Positions 19,023 through 28,671 of a stretch of 64,000 nt of DNA are shown here, in pieces. The DNA is taken from positions 224,001 to 288,000 of the forward strand of contig CAWHBU010000004.1 in assembly GCA_963827685.1 (NCBI GenBank), in the 5' to 3' direction. The notes under the pieces are model-generated. The model ran no database searches. It saw only the letters and a program-made list of their open reading frames with translations, and had not been told where the DNA came from. The DNA is from an uncultured delta proteobacterium. Lineage in GTDB: Bacteria > Desulfobacterota > BSN033 > UBA1163. Numbering within the stretch: position 1 is the first letter of the stretch; each line of letters starts with the position of its first letter. Position numbers and translations under genes: made by a program.

Positions 19023-20513
19023 TCACTTCTGGACTTCCGGATTGGGCTTGCGATCCTGAATCCCCGCCAACTTCTTTACCATCTTCTTCCTGCCTTCAAT
19101 GTCATACTGCGTTGTAATCGCAATCGCCTCCATAATTGGAGACCCACCTCCGTGGTAGGACCCAAGCAGATGAATTCCCCCGGTCGCCGAACAAACCAAA
19201 TCCCCCACATACCGCCACAACTGCGCCGCATCCTCCGGATGAATATCCGGATTCCGGGTGATGTACTTATACAAAAGATCCTTGGTCTCGGGATTCACAA
19301 AATCTCCCTCATAAGGGAAGGTGGCCGGCATCCCTCCGGATACATCACAGAGAATCTCCGCCTCGCGGAAGACTGCCTCCCCGGTTAAACATCGCCCCAC
19401 ATTCGCATAAATGGAATGAGGAATATAACTCCCCGGCCCATACGGCTTAAACCCTACCCCAGGAACATAAACCTCTGGCTTCCCCAACTCCGACGCCGTA
19501 AATCCCGCCGCATATCCCAACTCCGATACCCGGATGATCTCCGCCAGCTTGTCCCGCACATGCGACGCCTTGCCAATCCCATTGTAATCCGCCGCCAAAG
19601 CCACCGTCCCCAACATCAAATCTCCTAACGCCGGCTTACACCCCGAATAACTATGTCGATGGAAAAGGGCAAACAAAAGCGCACACACCCCACCGTGAAT
19701 CGTCTCTCCGCAAAGGAACACTCTCTCCCACGGAATAAAGGTATTGTCGAAAATCGTATACGAGTCCGTCGACCCAGGCACAAAACCCCTCTTGAAATGC
19801 TCCCGTGGTCTCAAATTATGCACCGTTACGACCTGCTTGACCCCTTCCCAATCCCCAGGCACCGCAAACGCCACTGCCCAATCCTTCTCCTCCGGTAAAA
19901 GCGCCCGGGTCGGCACTACCAGAATCTCATCAGCCACAGAAGCCTCCGAGTTGTGCACCTTGGAGCCCCGCACAACGATTCCATCTTTCTTTCTTTCCAC
20001 AACACGGACATAAAGATCCGGGTCCTTCTGCTGGGAAGGCCGCTTCATCCGATCACCTTTGACGTCCGTCTGCGCACAGCAGCCCACGAGATCCTCTTTC
20101 TGAAATCGCTCCAGCCATTTCTTGAAGTTCTTGTGATACTGGGTGGCCCCGTTATTCTGTTTGTCCGCCTCGTAAGAGACGTTATAAATCGCATTGGCCC
20201 CATCAATCCCCATGCAGCGCTGGATGCAACCTCCAGCTACCTGGCAGAGCAGTCGGGTCATGTCCTGCTTCCTGTGCAGGTCTTCCTTGCTTTGATGAAT
20301 ATGGCAGAAACGGCTGATCTTTTCGCCAGTCAGGTGCGACGTGGCTGTGCACAGGTCCTGATGCTTGGGGTCCCCGGCGTAGTCGAAGGTCAACCCGATG
20401 GTGTTAATCGTCGTCATCTGCAACTCGTCATCACGGGCGATCTTTTGCCCATCGACGTAAATATTACGCCGCATCTTGCGTAACCCCTCGATGTACTGCT
20501 TTTTCGTCCTCAT
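19023..20513 (-). CDS. abfD: 4-hydroxybutyryl-CoA dehydratase-like protein (AbfD/HpaB family)
   Basis: CIQRCMGID and HRHSYSGCK keep the three Cys and the His that ligate the 4Fe-4S cluster in AbfD; QTDVKGDR; start placed after the AGGAGG RBS. Confidence 0.75.
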   Translation of the reverse strand: MRTKKQYIEGLRKMRRNIYVDGQKIARDDELQMTTINTIGLTFDYAGDPKHQDLCTATSHLTGEKISRFCHIHQSKEDLHRKQDMTRLLCQVAGGCIQRCMGIDGANAIYNVSYEADKQNNGATQYHKNFKKWLERFQKEDLVGCCAQTDVKGDRMKRPSQQKDPDLYVRVVERKKDGIVVRGSKVHNSEASVADEILVVPTRALLPEEKDWAVAFAVPGDWEGVKQVVTVHNLRPREHFKRGFVPGSTDSYTIFDNTFIPWERVFLCGETIHGGVCALLFALFHRHSYSGCKPALGDLMLGTVALAADYNGIGKASHVRDKLAEIIRVSELGYAAGFTASELGKPEVYVPGVGFKPYGPGSYIPHSIYANVGRCLTGEAVFREAEILCDVSGGMPATFPYEGDFVNPETKDLLYKYITRNPDIHPEDAAQLWRYVGDLVCSATGGIHLLGSYHGGGSPIMEAIAITTQYDIEGRKKMVKKLAGIQDRKPNPEVQK

Positions 20514-20681
20514 CTTTGCTTCCTCCTTCATTAAATTATGAATTTGGCTCGATCCAAAAGCCTCTTGCTAAATCGGATGAGCCGATCATCGGAAAAATCC
20601 TCTTACCATTACAAAAAGAACTATTATAACTATTATAAATGGTTTAACCTGAATTCTATGTGTTTTCAAGGCAAACCCCCT

Positions 20682-21440
20682 CTATTCCTGATCAGGGAAA
20701 TCCCCCGAATTAAGATTGCTATCTTCTGATTCCTTCTTCCCCGATTCCAGCAGTGCCAGGACCCCCCTATATTCCTCCCGGGAGAGTTTGCGGTAAAGAT
20801 GGTAAAAGAAAATACTCATGATCTCTCTTCCCTGGACAACCCTTTTCGAGAACTCCTCCGGGAGAAGCTTTCCCAAGGCGGCTTCGATGTAATATTTATG
20901 CGACATAATGACGATCTCCCGGAACTTATCCCGATAGTGCTTCAGGGCTTCGGGGTCGAACCCCTCTATGGCACCCAGGCCGATGCTATCCATTTCTACG
21001 ATCAATTTGCCAAGGGTGATATCGTCCTGCAAATAAATCTTCTCACCATTACGAACCTCTGGGGTGATAATCGCCCATTCCTCCATCTTGACCAACCATT
21101 TCCTTCCCAAGCCCGTTGCCTTGAGAAAGGGCTCCTCACCTGCTATCTCGTTCGGCAGAAACTGGTCTATGGGCCTGAAGTACTCTCTTCGGAGATTGAG
21201 GAGAGACTGCCACTCGGAGGATTTTTTTTGCTTTTTTAAAATATTCTTGATCACTGCGAGAGGGAGGAAATGGCGATCCTGAAGTTCTTTGATGAAGCGG
21301 ATGCGTTCTACATAGTCTTCATCATATTCCGCAATGTTCCTACCCCTCTTGTGGGGCTTTGGTAGGAGTCCTTCCCGGATGTAAAAATGAACGGTTTCTT
21401 TTGATACCCCTGTGTGCTGAACTAAATCTCGGATCTTCAA
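20682..21440 (-). CDS. MerR-family transcriptional regulator
   Basis: MKIRDLVQHTGVSKETVHFYIREGLLP HTH; TTG start. Confidence 0.88.
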   Translation of the reverse strand: MKIRDLVQHTGVSKETVHFYIREGLLPKPHKRGRNIAEYDEDYVERIRFIKELQDRHFLPLAVIKNILKKQKKSSEWQSLLNLRREYFRPIDQFLPNEIAGEEPFLKATGLGRKWLVKMEEWAIITPEVRNGEKIYLQDDITLGKLIVEMDSIGLGAIEGFDPEALKHYRDKFREIVIMSHKYYIEAALGKLLPEEFSKRVVQGREIMSIFFYHLYRKLSREEYRGVLALLESGKKESEDSNLNSGDFPDQE

Positions 21441-21745
21441 GAATCTCCCTCTCCGCCTGCAGGTCTCTGCAATTGAACCCGTCGCAACACTTCATTACGC
21501 CCCAATAAAGGTTTTTTCACTTCGATTCCTAATAAGTATTACTAAATACTATACATAAAAGTCAAGAAAAATCTTATGTCTACCATTTTTCTCTTGACAA
21601 AAGATTCAAAATTTATTATCCATCATTTATCACAAAAGCGCAACAATGTGAGCTTAGGGGAAGAAGGGACCTTTAAAAAATCCCCTCAATCCCCCCGAAG
21701 TGAAGACCAGCCCGCTTGGCGCTAATTCCAACAGGAGGTAACGGC

Positions 21746-23875
21746 ATGAAGACGGATTACAAGACTGTGAAAGTGGAAGTGAAAGGCGATGTCGCCGTTC
21801 TGGCTTTGAATAATCCTCCGGTGAACCAGCTTTCTGCGCATTTTGTGCAGGAGATGGCCGATGCGCTTCTGCAGGCTTTTGCGGAAAAGGCCGTTAAGGC
21901 TGTGATTCTTACCGGTACCGGAAAGAATTTTATTGCTGGCGCTGACATTACCGAGGTTCAGAAAGTCAAGGATAGGGATTATCTCATCCCAAGGGTTATG
22001 GAGAATAACCGCTTCCTTAACTCCGTCGGGGAAGGGCCCAAGCCCGTGATTGCAGCCATCAACGGCAATTGTCTTGGAGGCGGGCTGGAAATCGCCATGG
22101 CTTGCCACTACAGGATTGCCGCCCAGGGTGTTCAGATCGGGCAGCCCGAAGTGCAGATCGGCCTCATTCCCGGAGCCGGCGGCACCCAGCGGCTTCCCCG
22201 ACTGATTGGTTTTGCCGATGCCTTGCAGATGATCACGACTGGCAACCCCATTTCAGCCGAAGAAGGTCTGAAAAAAGGGGCGCTGGATGAGGTGGTCCCG
22301 GCTGACCAACTCCTGGATCAGGCTTTGAAAACCGCCCGCCGTTTTATCTCCGGAGAGCTGAATCACAAGGATCGGTTGACTAAAAATAAAAAGGATAAGC
22401 TGCCGAAGCCGGAAGAGAAGGCGGGGATCGTCGCTTTTGCCAAAGGAATGGCTGCGAAACAAGCCAAAGGATATATTGCCCCATTTAAGGCCATTGAGGC
22501 CATGGAACGGGGACTGTCGGATAATTTCGAAGCCGATTTGAAGATCGAAGCAGAGCTTTTTGCCGATTGCGCCGTCTCGGATGTAGCCAAAAATCTGATC
22601 GGCATCTTCCTAAACACCAGGGCTGCCGGAAGGCTGCCGCGCATCGAAAAGATTGAGCCAAAAAAAATTAAGAAGGTGGGTATGCTGGGCGGTGGCGCGA
22701 TGGGGTCGGGGATTGTCAACCTGCTGTTGAACAATGGGTTTGATGCCATTCTCTGGGACATCAATGATGAGGCCATTCGGAAGGGCCTCGAGGCTATTCG
22801 TAAAACCTTTGCCTACCCCATCAAAAAGGGAAAGATGACTCAAGAGGGACTGGACAAATTAATCAAGGAGCACCTCATCACTACCACCTTACTTGAAACT
22901 CTGAAGGACGTAGATCTGGTAATCGAAGCCGTTCTGGAGGATATAAAAATCAAGCAGGATATCTGGAAGCGCCTCGAAAGAATTTGCCGACCGGAGGTCG
23001 TCTTCGGCACAAACACTTCGGCGCTGCCTATTACGGGGATAGCCTCTGTCCTCACAGACCCTGGCCGCATGATAGGACTGCACTTTTTCAACCCCGCTGA
23101 AAGAATGCAGCTTCTAGAAATCATCTGCGGCAAGAAGACTTCTGATCAAACGCTATCGACAAGCGTGGCTTTTGGACGGGCCATTCGCAAGGTTCCCATC
23201 GTGGTGAATGACGGACCAGGCTTCTATGTCTCGAGACAGCTGGGCGGTCTCATGGGGGAATCCATCTTCATGGTGGCGGAGGGGGTTGATCCGACCAAGG
23301 TGGAGGAAGCCGTGTTAGAATTCGGACTCCCCATGGGTCCATCGACCCTTAGCGATTTGACTGGAATCGACATCAATTACCATGTAGGGAAGAACTTTGA
23401 GAAAGCATTCGGGGAGCGATTGAAGATGCATCCTCTAGCTGAGCGCATTTATCAAACCGGGTGCTACGGACGAAAAACCGGAGCTGGGTGGTTCGACTAC
23501 AGCGGAGAAAAACCCGTCCCGAACCCGAAGGTGATGGAAGTTGTCCAGAACTATTTGAAAGAGAAGGGGGTTGGGCCCAAATCCATGACCCCTAAGGAAA
23601 TTATGGATCGGATGATGGCGCGAGCCATCAATGAGGCCGCTTTTATGATTCAGGAGGGGATCTGCGATCGGCCCCAAGACATGGACCTGGCGATGATTTA
23701 TGGGACAGGATTTCCCCCATACCGTGGTGGGATTCTCCGGTATGCTGACGCTTGGGGAATTGCGAATGTATATCAGCATCTGGTAAAACTTGAGAAAGAA
23801 CATGGGGTGAGGTTGAAGCCCTGCAGCCTTCTCAAAGAAATGGCGGAGCAGGGCAAAACATTTTATAAAATGTGA
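21746..23875 (+). CDS. multifunctional enoyl-CoA hydratase / 3-hydroxyacyl-CoA dehydrogenase (FadB/FadJ-type)
   Basis: FIAGADI, GGGLE, PEVQIGLIPGAGGTQRLPRL, GGGAMG, HFFNPA; AGGAGG RBS. Confidence 0.92.
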   Translation: MKTDYKTVKVEVKGDVAVLALNNPPVNQLSAHFVQEMADALLQAFAEKAVKAVILTGTGKNFIAGADITEVQKVKDRDYLIPRVMENNRFLNSVGEGPKPVIAAINGNCLGGGLEIAMACHYRIAAQGVQIGQPEVQIGLIPGAGGTQRLPRLIGFADALQMITTGNPISAEEGLKKGALDEVVPADQLLDQALKTARRFISGELNHKDRLTKNKKDKLPKPEEKAGIVAFAKGMAAKQAKGYIAPFKAIEAMERGLSDNFEADLKIEAELFADCAVSDVAKNLIGIFLNTRAAGRLPRIEKIEPKKIKKVGMLGGGAMGSGIVNLLLNNGFDAILWDINDEAIRKGLEAIRKTFAYPIKKGKMTQEGLDKLIKEHLITTTLLETLKDVDLVIEAVLEDIKIKQDIWKRLERICRPEVVFGTNTSALPITGIASVLTDPGRMIGLHFFNPAERMQLLEIICGKKTSDQTLSTSVAFGRAIRKVPIVVNDGPGFYVSRQLGGLMGESIFMVAEGVDPTKVEEAVLEFGLPMGPSTLSDLTGIDINYHVGKNFEKAFGERLKMHPLAERIYQTGCYGRKTGAGWFDYSGEKPVPNPKVMEVVQNYLKEKGVGPKSMTPKEIMDRMMARAINEAAFMIQEGICDRPQDMDLAMIYGTGFPPYRGGILRYADAWGIANVYQHLVKLEKEHGVRLKPCSLLKEMAEQGKTFYKM

Positions 23876-23933
23876 ACAAAATTTAGAAATCGCCAGTTCA
23901 ATAAACCTATTCAATCAAGAAAGGAGGCCGAAG

Positions 23934-24269
23934 ATGGCAAGGGTATTTAATTCAGTGAAGGAGATCTTCGCGGGCATGCCCGGAACCTTTAATCGGGGTG
24001 CTGCCGCCGGGCTGAACGTTGTGATCCAGTATGGCATCGAGGGCGACCAGGGTGGAGACTGGTATGTGGTCATCAAAGATCAGACCTGCACTGTATCCGA
24101 GGGGGTGCATTCCAGCCCGACTCTTACGATGAAAATGGCAGACAAGGACTGGATGGCTATGTGCAACGGTCAACTCGATGGCATGACCGCCTTCGTGACT
24201 GGCAAGCTCAAGGCTACGGGTGACATTATGTTGGCCCAGCGCCTGCCAATGCTATTCCCGCTGGGTTAA
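23934..24269 (+). CDS. SCP2 sterol/lipid-binding domain protein
   Basis: LDGMTAFVTGKLKATGDIMLAQRL; AAGGAGG RBS. Confidence 0.88.
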   Translation: MARVFNSVKEIFAGMPGTFNRGAAAGLNVVIQYGIEGDQGGDWYVVIKDQTCTVSEGVHSSPTLTMKMADKDWMAMCNGQLDGMTAFVTGKLKATGDIMLAQRLPMLFPLG

Positions 24270-24482
24270 GCCCCAGATGGTTGAGGAAAATAGTGAGGAA
24301 CGTGGTTCTCTCTTGCTTCGCGTCAGGAGCAGGATATCATTAAAAGATGGGCTGGCATTCAAGATTGGGCATACTGTACCGGTAGGGTTCGGGCCGATTT
24401 AGAACGAGGAGCCTGGGTTTTTCGTCCTGGTTCACATCATAATATGGAAGCATATAAAAACTTGAAATTCTAAGGAGGCTTT

Positions 24483-25640
24483 ATGGGCAAGAGAATACTT
24501 CGGACAAAACTTTGCGACATGCTGGGGATTGAGTACCCCATCATCGCGGCTGGAATGGGGCCCACGCTGATTGGCGAAACGACAGGGGCCCCGGTGGAGT
24601 TGGTGGTGGCTGTCTCCGAGGCCGGTGGGATGGGAGTCCTGGGTGGGAGCGGCTTCAATATAGAAAGGTTGCGAGAGGCCATCCGGGAGATTAAAGCAAA
24701 AACAAAGAAGCCTTTTGGAGTGGATCTCCTATTACCCCAAAAGCTCGACATGGGTGGAGGATTAGGCCAGAAAGGAGGGCCTAAAGAGCTGCCCCTGAGC
24801 GCGATGCTGAAATCCCTGCCCAAACCGCATCAGGACTGGGTTAAGAAAGTGAAAGATGAGCTTCAACTTCCGGATGTAGAGATCATGGTCAAGATGGATT
24901 CGACGACCATGCGCCCTCAGGAAGCAATTCAGGTGTGCATCGAGGAAAAGGTTCCGCTCTTTTGTGCCGGTCTGGGGAACCCGGGATTCATGGTAGCAGA
25001 GGCGCATGCGGCGGGAATGAAAGTTCTTGCAATCACCGGCAATACTAAGAATGCTCGCAGGATGTCCCAATCCGGGATCGATCTTCTGGTCGCCCAGGGG
25101 CACGAAGGGGGAGGGCACACAGGCCGAATCGGAACGATGGCTTTACTTCCCCAGGCCATCGATGCCGCATACCCCGTACCTGTCCTGGCAGCAGGCGGCA
25201 TCGGCGACGGCCGGGGACTGGCCGCAGCCCTGGCCATGGGCTGCATAGGGGTGTGGGTTGGGACCCGCTTTCTGGCGACGAACGAAGGAGGAGCTCTGCC
25301 GGTCAATAAAAAGCATATCATCGATTCCACGGATGAAGACACCCGGGTAAGTAGAGCGTACACTGGCAAGACCTTGCGGGCGAGCTACAACAAATTCCAT
25401 GACCTCTGGGATGGTTCGGGATTGGAGCCGCTTCCCTTTCCGACCCAGGTTTTGATCTCTTCGGGCCTCCTGGCCAGTTTCGTCAAGGAGAAAAAGGACG
25501 ATTATGTTGGTGGCCTCGCCGGCCAAGTCTCGGGGCTCATTAAAGAGATCAAACCCGCCCGCCAGGTGCTTGAGGAGATGGTGGAGCAGGCGGTGGATAT
25601 CCTGACCCGTAGACTCCCGGAAAACGTAGTGGCTAAATAA
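24483..25640 (+). CDS. nitronate monooxygenase / FabK-like flavin oxidoreductase
   Basis: LGIEYPII, QGHEGGGHTG, AAGGIGDGRG, WVGTRF. Confidence 0.88.
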   Translation: MGKRILRTKLCDMLGIEYPIIAAGMGPTLIGETTGAPVELVVAVSEAGGMGVLGGSGFNIERLREAIREIKAKTKKPFGVDLLLPQKLDMGGGLGQKGGPKELPLSAMLKSLPKPHQDWVKKVKDELQLPDVEIMVKMDSTTMRPQEAIQVCIEEKVPLFCAGLGNPGFMVAEAHAAGMKVLAITGNTKNARRMSQSGIDLLVAQGHEGGGHTGRIGTMALLPQAIDAAYPVPVLAAGGIGDGRGLAAALAMGCIGVWVGTRFLATNEGGALPVNKKHIIDSTDEDTRVSRAYTGKTLRASYNKFHDLWDGSGLEPLPFPTQVLISSGLLASFVKEKKDDYVGGLAGQVSGLIKEIKPARQVLEEMVEQAVDILTRRLPENVVAK

Positions 25641-25693
25641 GAATATTGACTGCGCGGACCGCTGAGGACGCTGAGGTAAAATTTCAAAAAGAG

Positions 25694-25718
25694 GAGCCCA
25701 CAGGCCTTGCTGGGGCTC
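25694..25718. terminator. putative bidirectional terminator hairpin
   Basis: GAGCCC..GGGCTC stem between convergent genes. Confidence 0.4.
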
Positions 25719-25747
25719 AACATCCTCGCAATTCAGGCAGATCAATT

Positions 25748-26890
25748 TTAAAGCATAGAACTAATAATGATTCTCTGAATCTGATTCGTGCCCTCGTAGA
25801 TCTGGAGGGCTTTTACATCCCTTAGATACTTCTCTAACGGCCATTTGCGGGTATATCCTTGCCCACCAAGAATCTGAATAGCATTACTGCAAACCCTTTC
25901 TGCCATCTCCGTTGCCAATATCTTGCACATGGATGAGGCCATCGTCGAGTCCATCCCTTGATCGATTAACCAACAGGCTTTCCAGGTTAGAAGCCTTGCG
26001 GCTTCAATCTCTGTAGCCATATCGGCCAACATCAAGGAAATGGCTTGGTTTTCGATAATTGGCCGGCCATACTGTTTGCGCTCGCGGGCATACGTGAGCG
26101 CCACTTCGAAAGCTGCCCTGGCCACCCCGACAGCACTGGCCCCAATGCATGGTCTTGACATATCCAAGGTCTGCATGGCTATCAGAAATCCGGTGTTCTC
26201 AACGCCGAGCAAGTTTTCGATGGGGACCTCGACGTTATTAAAGATTAACTCACCGGTTTGGGAGGCCCGCAGTCCCATCATATCCTCTATCGTGCCAAGA
26301 GTCAGGCCCTTGGCATTACCATCCACAATGAAGGCATTGAGCCCGCCATCGCGCTTCCGGGGATCGGTGGTGGCAAAGACCACATAGAAGCCGGCTATGC
26401 CCGCATTGGTGATGAAGGCTTTTGTTCCATTGAGGATGTAATGATCTCCTTTTCGCGTTGCCAGAGTTCTGATACCGGCCATGTCCGAACCTGCCTCGGG
26501 TTCCGTCACCGCCAGCCCTGCGAGCCTACCATTCTCTCCACAAACCAGAGGAAGGTACCGCTTTTTCTGATCTTCATTCGCAACAAGTTTAAGGCAACAG
26601 GTCGCCAGCCAGGTACCACCGGCCGGCTCGCTCATACCCAGACACGCCGCGCCCATTTCCTCAACAACCACCGCGGTGGTGAGATGGTCAACTCCCAGTC
26701 CACCGTACTCTTGAGGAACACCTAATCCCAGCAGATTAGCCTTGGCGAATCTTCGGACGATTCTCCAGTCGAACGTTGTGTCCCGGCGTCTGTCGAGCTC
26801 AGCCGCATAGGGTTTCATCTCTTCTTCGGCAAACTTTTTGGCGAATTTCTGATAGCGCAACTGTTCTTCATTAAGGTCGAATCCAATCAT
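25748..26890 (-). CDS. acyl-CoA dehydrogenase
   Basis: VTEPEAGSD, NGTKAFITN, QILGGQGY, QIYEGTNQIQR; ATG overlaps the upstream stop (ATGA). Confidence 0.92.
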   Translation of the reverse strand: MIGFDLNEEQLRYQKFAKKFAEEEMKPYAAELDRRRDTTFDWRIVRRFAKANLLGLGVPQEYGGLGVDHLTTAVVVEEMGAACLGMSEPAGGTWLATCCLKLVANEDQKKRYLPLVCGENGRLAGLAVTEPEAGSDMAGIRTLATRKGDHYILNGTKAFITNAGIAGFYVVFATTDPRKRDGGLNAFIVDGNAKGLTLGTIEDMMGLRASQTGELIFNNVEVPIENLLGVENTGFLIAMQTLDMSRPCIGASAVGVARAAFEVALTYARERKQYGRPIIENQAISLMLADMATEIEAARLLTWKACWLIDQGMDSTMASSMCKILATEMAERVCSNAIQILGGQGYTRKWPLEKYLRDVKALQIYEGTNQIQRIIISSML

Positions 26891-27231
26891 TTTAGACGAT
26901 CCCTCCTCCACTGAATATATTCGAGGAGATTTTTCTTCTCCTCAGTAGGAAGTTCGGATAACAGGTTGATAATTTCAGAGATTATTTCATCCGGGGGCTC
27001 CCCCTTCTCTACATTTGCTGAGATGGCGGATTCTTCCAGAAAATAACTCAACGGTTTATTCAATTCCCTTGCGATCTGTTCAATGTTTGCGAGATAAAGA
27101 CGTCTCTTACCCAGTTCGTAGTTGGATAGGGCGGCCTGCGTATAACCCAACCGAGAGGCCAATTCCTCCTGAGATAGGCCTGCTTCTTCCCTCGCCTTTT
27201 GAATCTTTTTGCCAATATCTCTATAAATCAT
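26887..27231 (-). CDS. XRE-family HTH transcriptional regulator
   Basis: REEAGLSQEELASRLGYTQAALSNYELGKR. Confidence 0.9.
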   Translation of the reverse strand: MIYRDIGKKIQKAREEAGLSQEELASRLGYTQAALSNYELGKRRLYLANIEQIARELNKPLSYFLEESAISANVEKGEPPDEIISEIINLLSELPTEEKKNLLEYIQWRRDRLK

Positions 27232-27254
27232 GGTTCTTTAAAGTATGGAAAACA

Positions 27255-27335
27255 ATAACAACTAGTTATTAATAGCATATTTTTTTCAGTTTTACAACGT
27301 ATTGTCTTGACAAATATTACAAGCTGTTGTATAAA
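27255..27335 (+). promoter_or_regulatory. sigma70 promoter with repeated ACAA-N4-TTRT operator-like palindromes
   Basis: TTGACA (27307-27312), 17 nt, TATAAA (27330-27335); ACAActagTTAT, ACAAcgtaTTGT and ACAAgctgTTGT overlap or precede it. Confidence 0.65.
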
Positions 27336-27710
27336 CCTTATAAACAACATCCTGTTTTATTATAGCACGACAGGCAGACTTTTAGAATGGCTATTTTGAA
27401 CATTGGCAAGGAGGGAAATAATGATGGAAAGCGAAGAGTTAAGAAATGCAGCAAGAGAGATATTAGCGAAGGTTCCTTTCGAATCGAAGAAGGAGATGGT
27501 TGCCAAAAGCCGCTGGACCTGCGAATCGAATTGGATGATGGCTCTGGTGTTTGCCGCAGGATGGGATGTGGCCAACAAGACGAATCTTCAAGTTGGACAA
27601 GCCGTCGGTAAAGCTGAAATGCACCGGCTGATGAAGGCTTTAGGATTAGATGGTCCAAAAAACGATATGGAATTCATGATGCTTGTAACGTCGGGCATGG
27701 AGACATTTAT

Positions 27711-28249
27711 AAAAAATACCTGTTGAATACCGCCCAGCTCTGCTGGGCGGATGAAAACAGGTTCGCGAAGCGATAAGACATGGTATAAGTACTGCATGAG
27801 CTCGATAAAAAGAACAAGCCATGCGGTCTACGATTTGAAATATCATATGGTATGGGTTCCCAAATATCGGAAGATGATATTGGGAGGTGAGTTGGCAAAA
27901 AGGCTTAAGATGAGTTTTGAGCAAATATCGGAGAGGTACGAGTTTGAGATAGATACGATGGAGGTAAAGGATGATCATGTTCATTTATTTTTGTCTGCCC
28001 CTCCTCGGTATTGTCCGGCAGAGATTGTGCAGATCATAAAGAGTATCTCGGCGAAAATGGTGTTCAAGCAGTTTCCAGAGGTGAAGAAAGAGCTTTGGGG
28101 TGGAGAGTTTTGGAGTGATGGGTATTTTGTTCGGTCTGTTGGAGACAAAGTTACCTCTGAAGTCATACGTCGCTATATAAAGTATCAGCAACAGGAGCAA
28201 TTAAGTTTTGAATTTTAATGCCCCGCAGCTCTGCTGCGGGGTTCTTTAC
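27711..28249 (+). mobile_element. IS200/IS605-family element, tnpA only, 539 bp, copy 1
   Basis: Subterminal hairpins CCGCCCAGC-TCT-GCTGGGCGG and CCCCGCAGC-TCT-GCTGCGGGG; inserted after TTTAT; no target duplication. Confidence 0.95.
27796..28218 (+). CDS. tnpA: IS200/IS605 Y1 (HUH) transposase
   Basis: YHMVWVPKYR, DHVH, FWSDGYF, IRRYIKYQ; probable start MSSIKR just after TGGTATAAG (possibly leaderless). Confidence 0.95.
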   Translation: MSSIKRTSHAVYDLKYHMVWVPKYRKMILGGELAKRLKMSFEQISERYEFEIDTMEVKDDHVHLFLSAPPRYCPAEIVQIIKSISAKMVFKQFPEVKKELWGGEFWSDGYFVRSVGDKVTSEVIRRYIKYQQQEQLSFEF

Positions 28250-28586
28250 TACCAAAGATTATTTCGATTACGAATTCAAAATATTGGGTCCGGGCAAGAT
28301 ATTGGGAATTGTCCGCAAGTGTTACGCGTATACCAAGGTGAGCAGCATCGGCGTGGAGAAAGACTACCAGTGTGGATGTTTCGGTATGCGCGCCGGCTGG
28401 TATCAGGCAATGGGATTGGAGGTGAAAGAGAATCTGGTTAAATGCCTAAAAGATGGAGCCGATCGATGTGAGATCACGGTTGAGAACATAGTCTATCCGC
28501 ATCCATGATGAATGGTTCATTCTACTCTTCGGACGAAGCTAAGATCATCTGAAGGAAACATTTTTGTGATTCTACTGTCACGATAG

Positions 28587-28651
28587 TATGGAGGTGCATT
28601 ATGGAAATTGGAAAACATTGGAAAACGATTCAAATGGTATTCCAAGAATCC
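28587..28651 (+). repeat. 65-bp copy of the RBS and first 17 codons of the gene at 31807
   Basis: 6 mismatches versus 31793-31857. Confidence 0.9.
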
Positions 28652-28671
28652 GTATTGCACGAGGAGGGTGA

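Larger units (their letters stand above)
27421..28508 (+). pseudogene. DUF6125/V4R-like protein interrupted by IS copy 1
   Basis: Removing 27711-28249 restores in-frame ..METF-I-TKDYFDYEF..; Cys pattern KCYAY..CGC..CLKDGADRCE. Confidence 0.75.

Noticed and set aside
6-26725. Many 60-220 aa ORFs antisense to or overlapping the main genes
   Set aside because: Shadow ORFs of well-supported genes, without recognisable motifs
27711-28249. TnpB/IscB cargo or an IStron in the IS copies
   Set aside because: The 539 bp is fully explained by tnpA and the two ends, leaving no room for a nuclease or a group I intron
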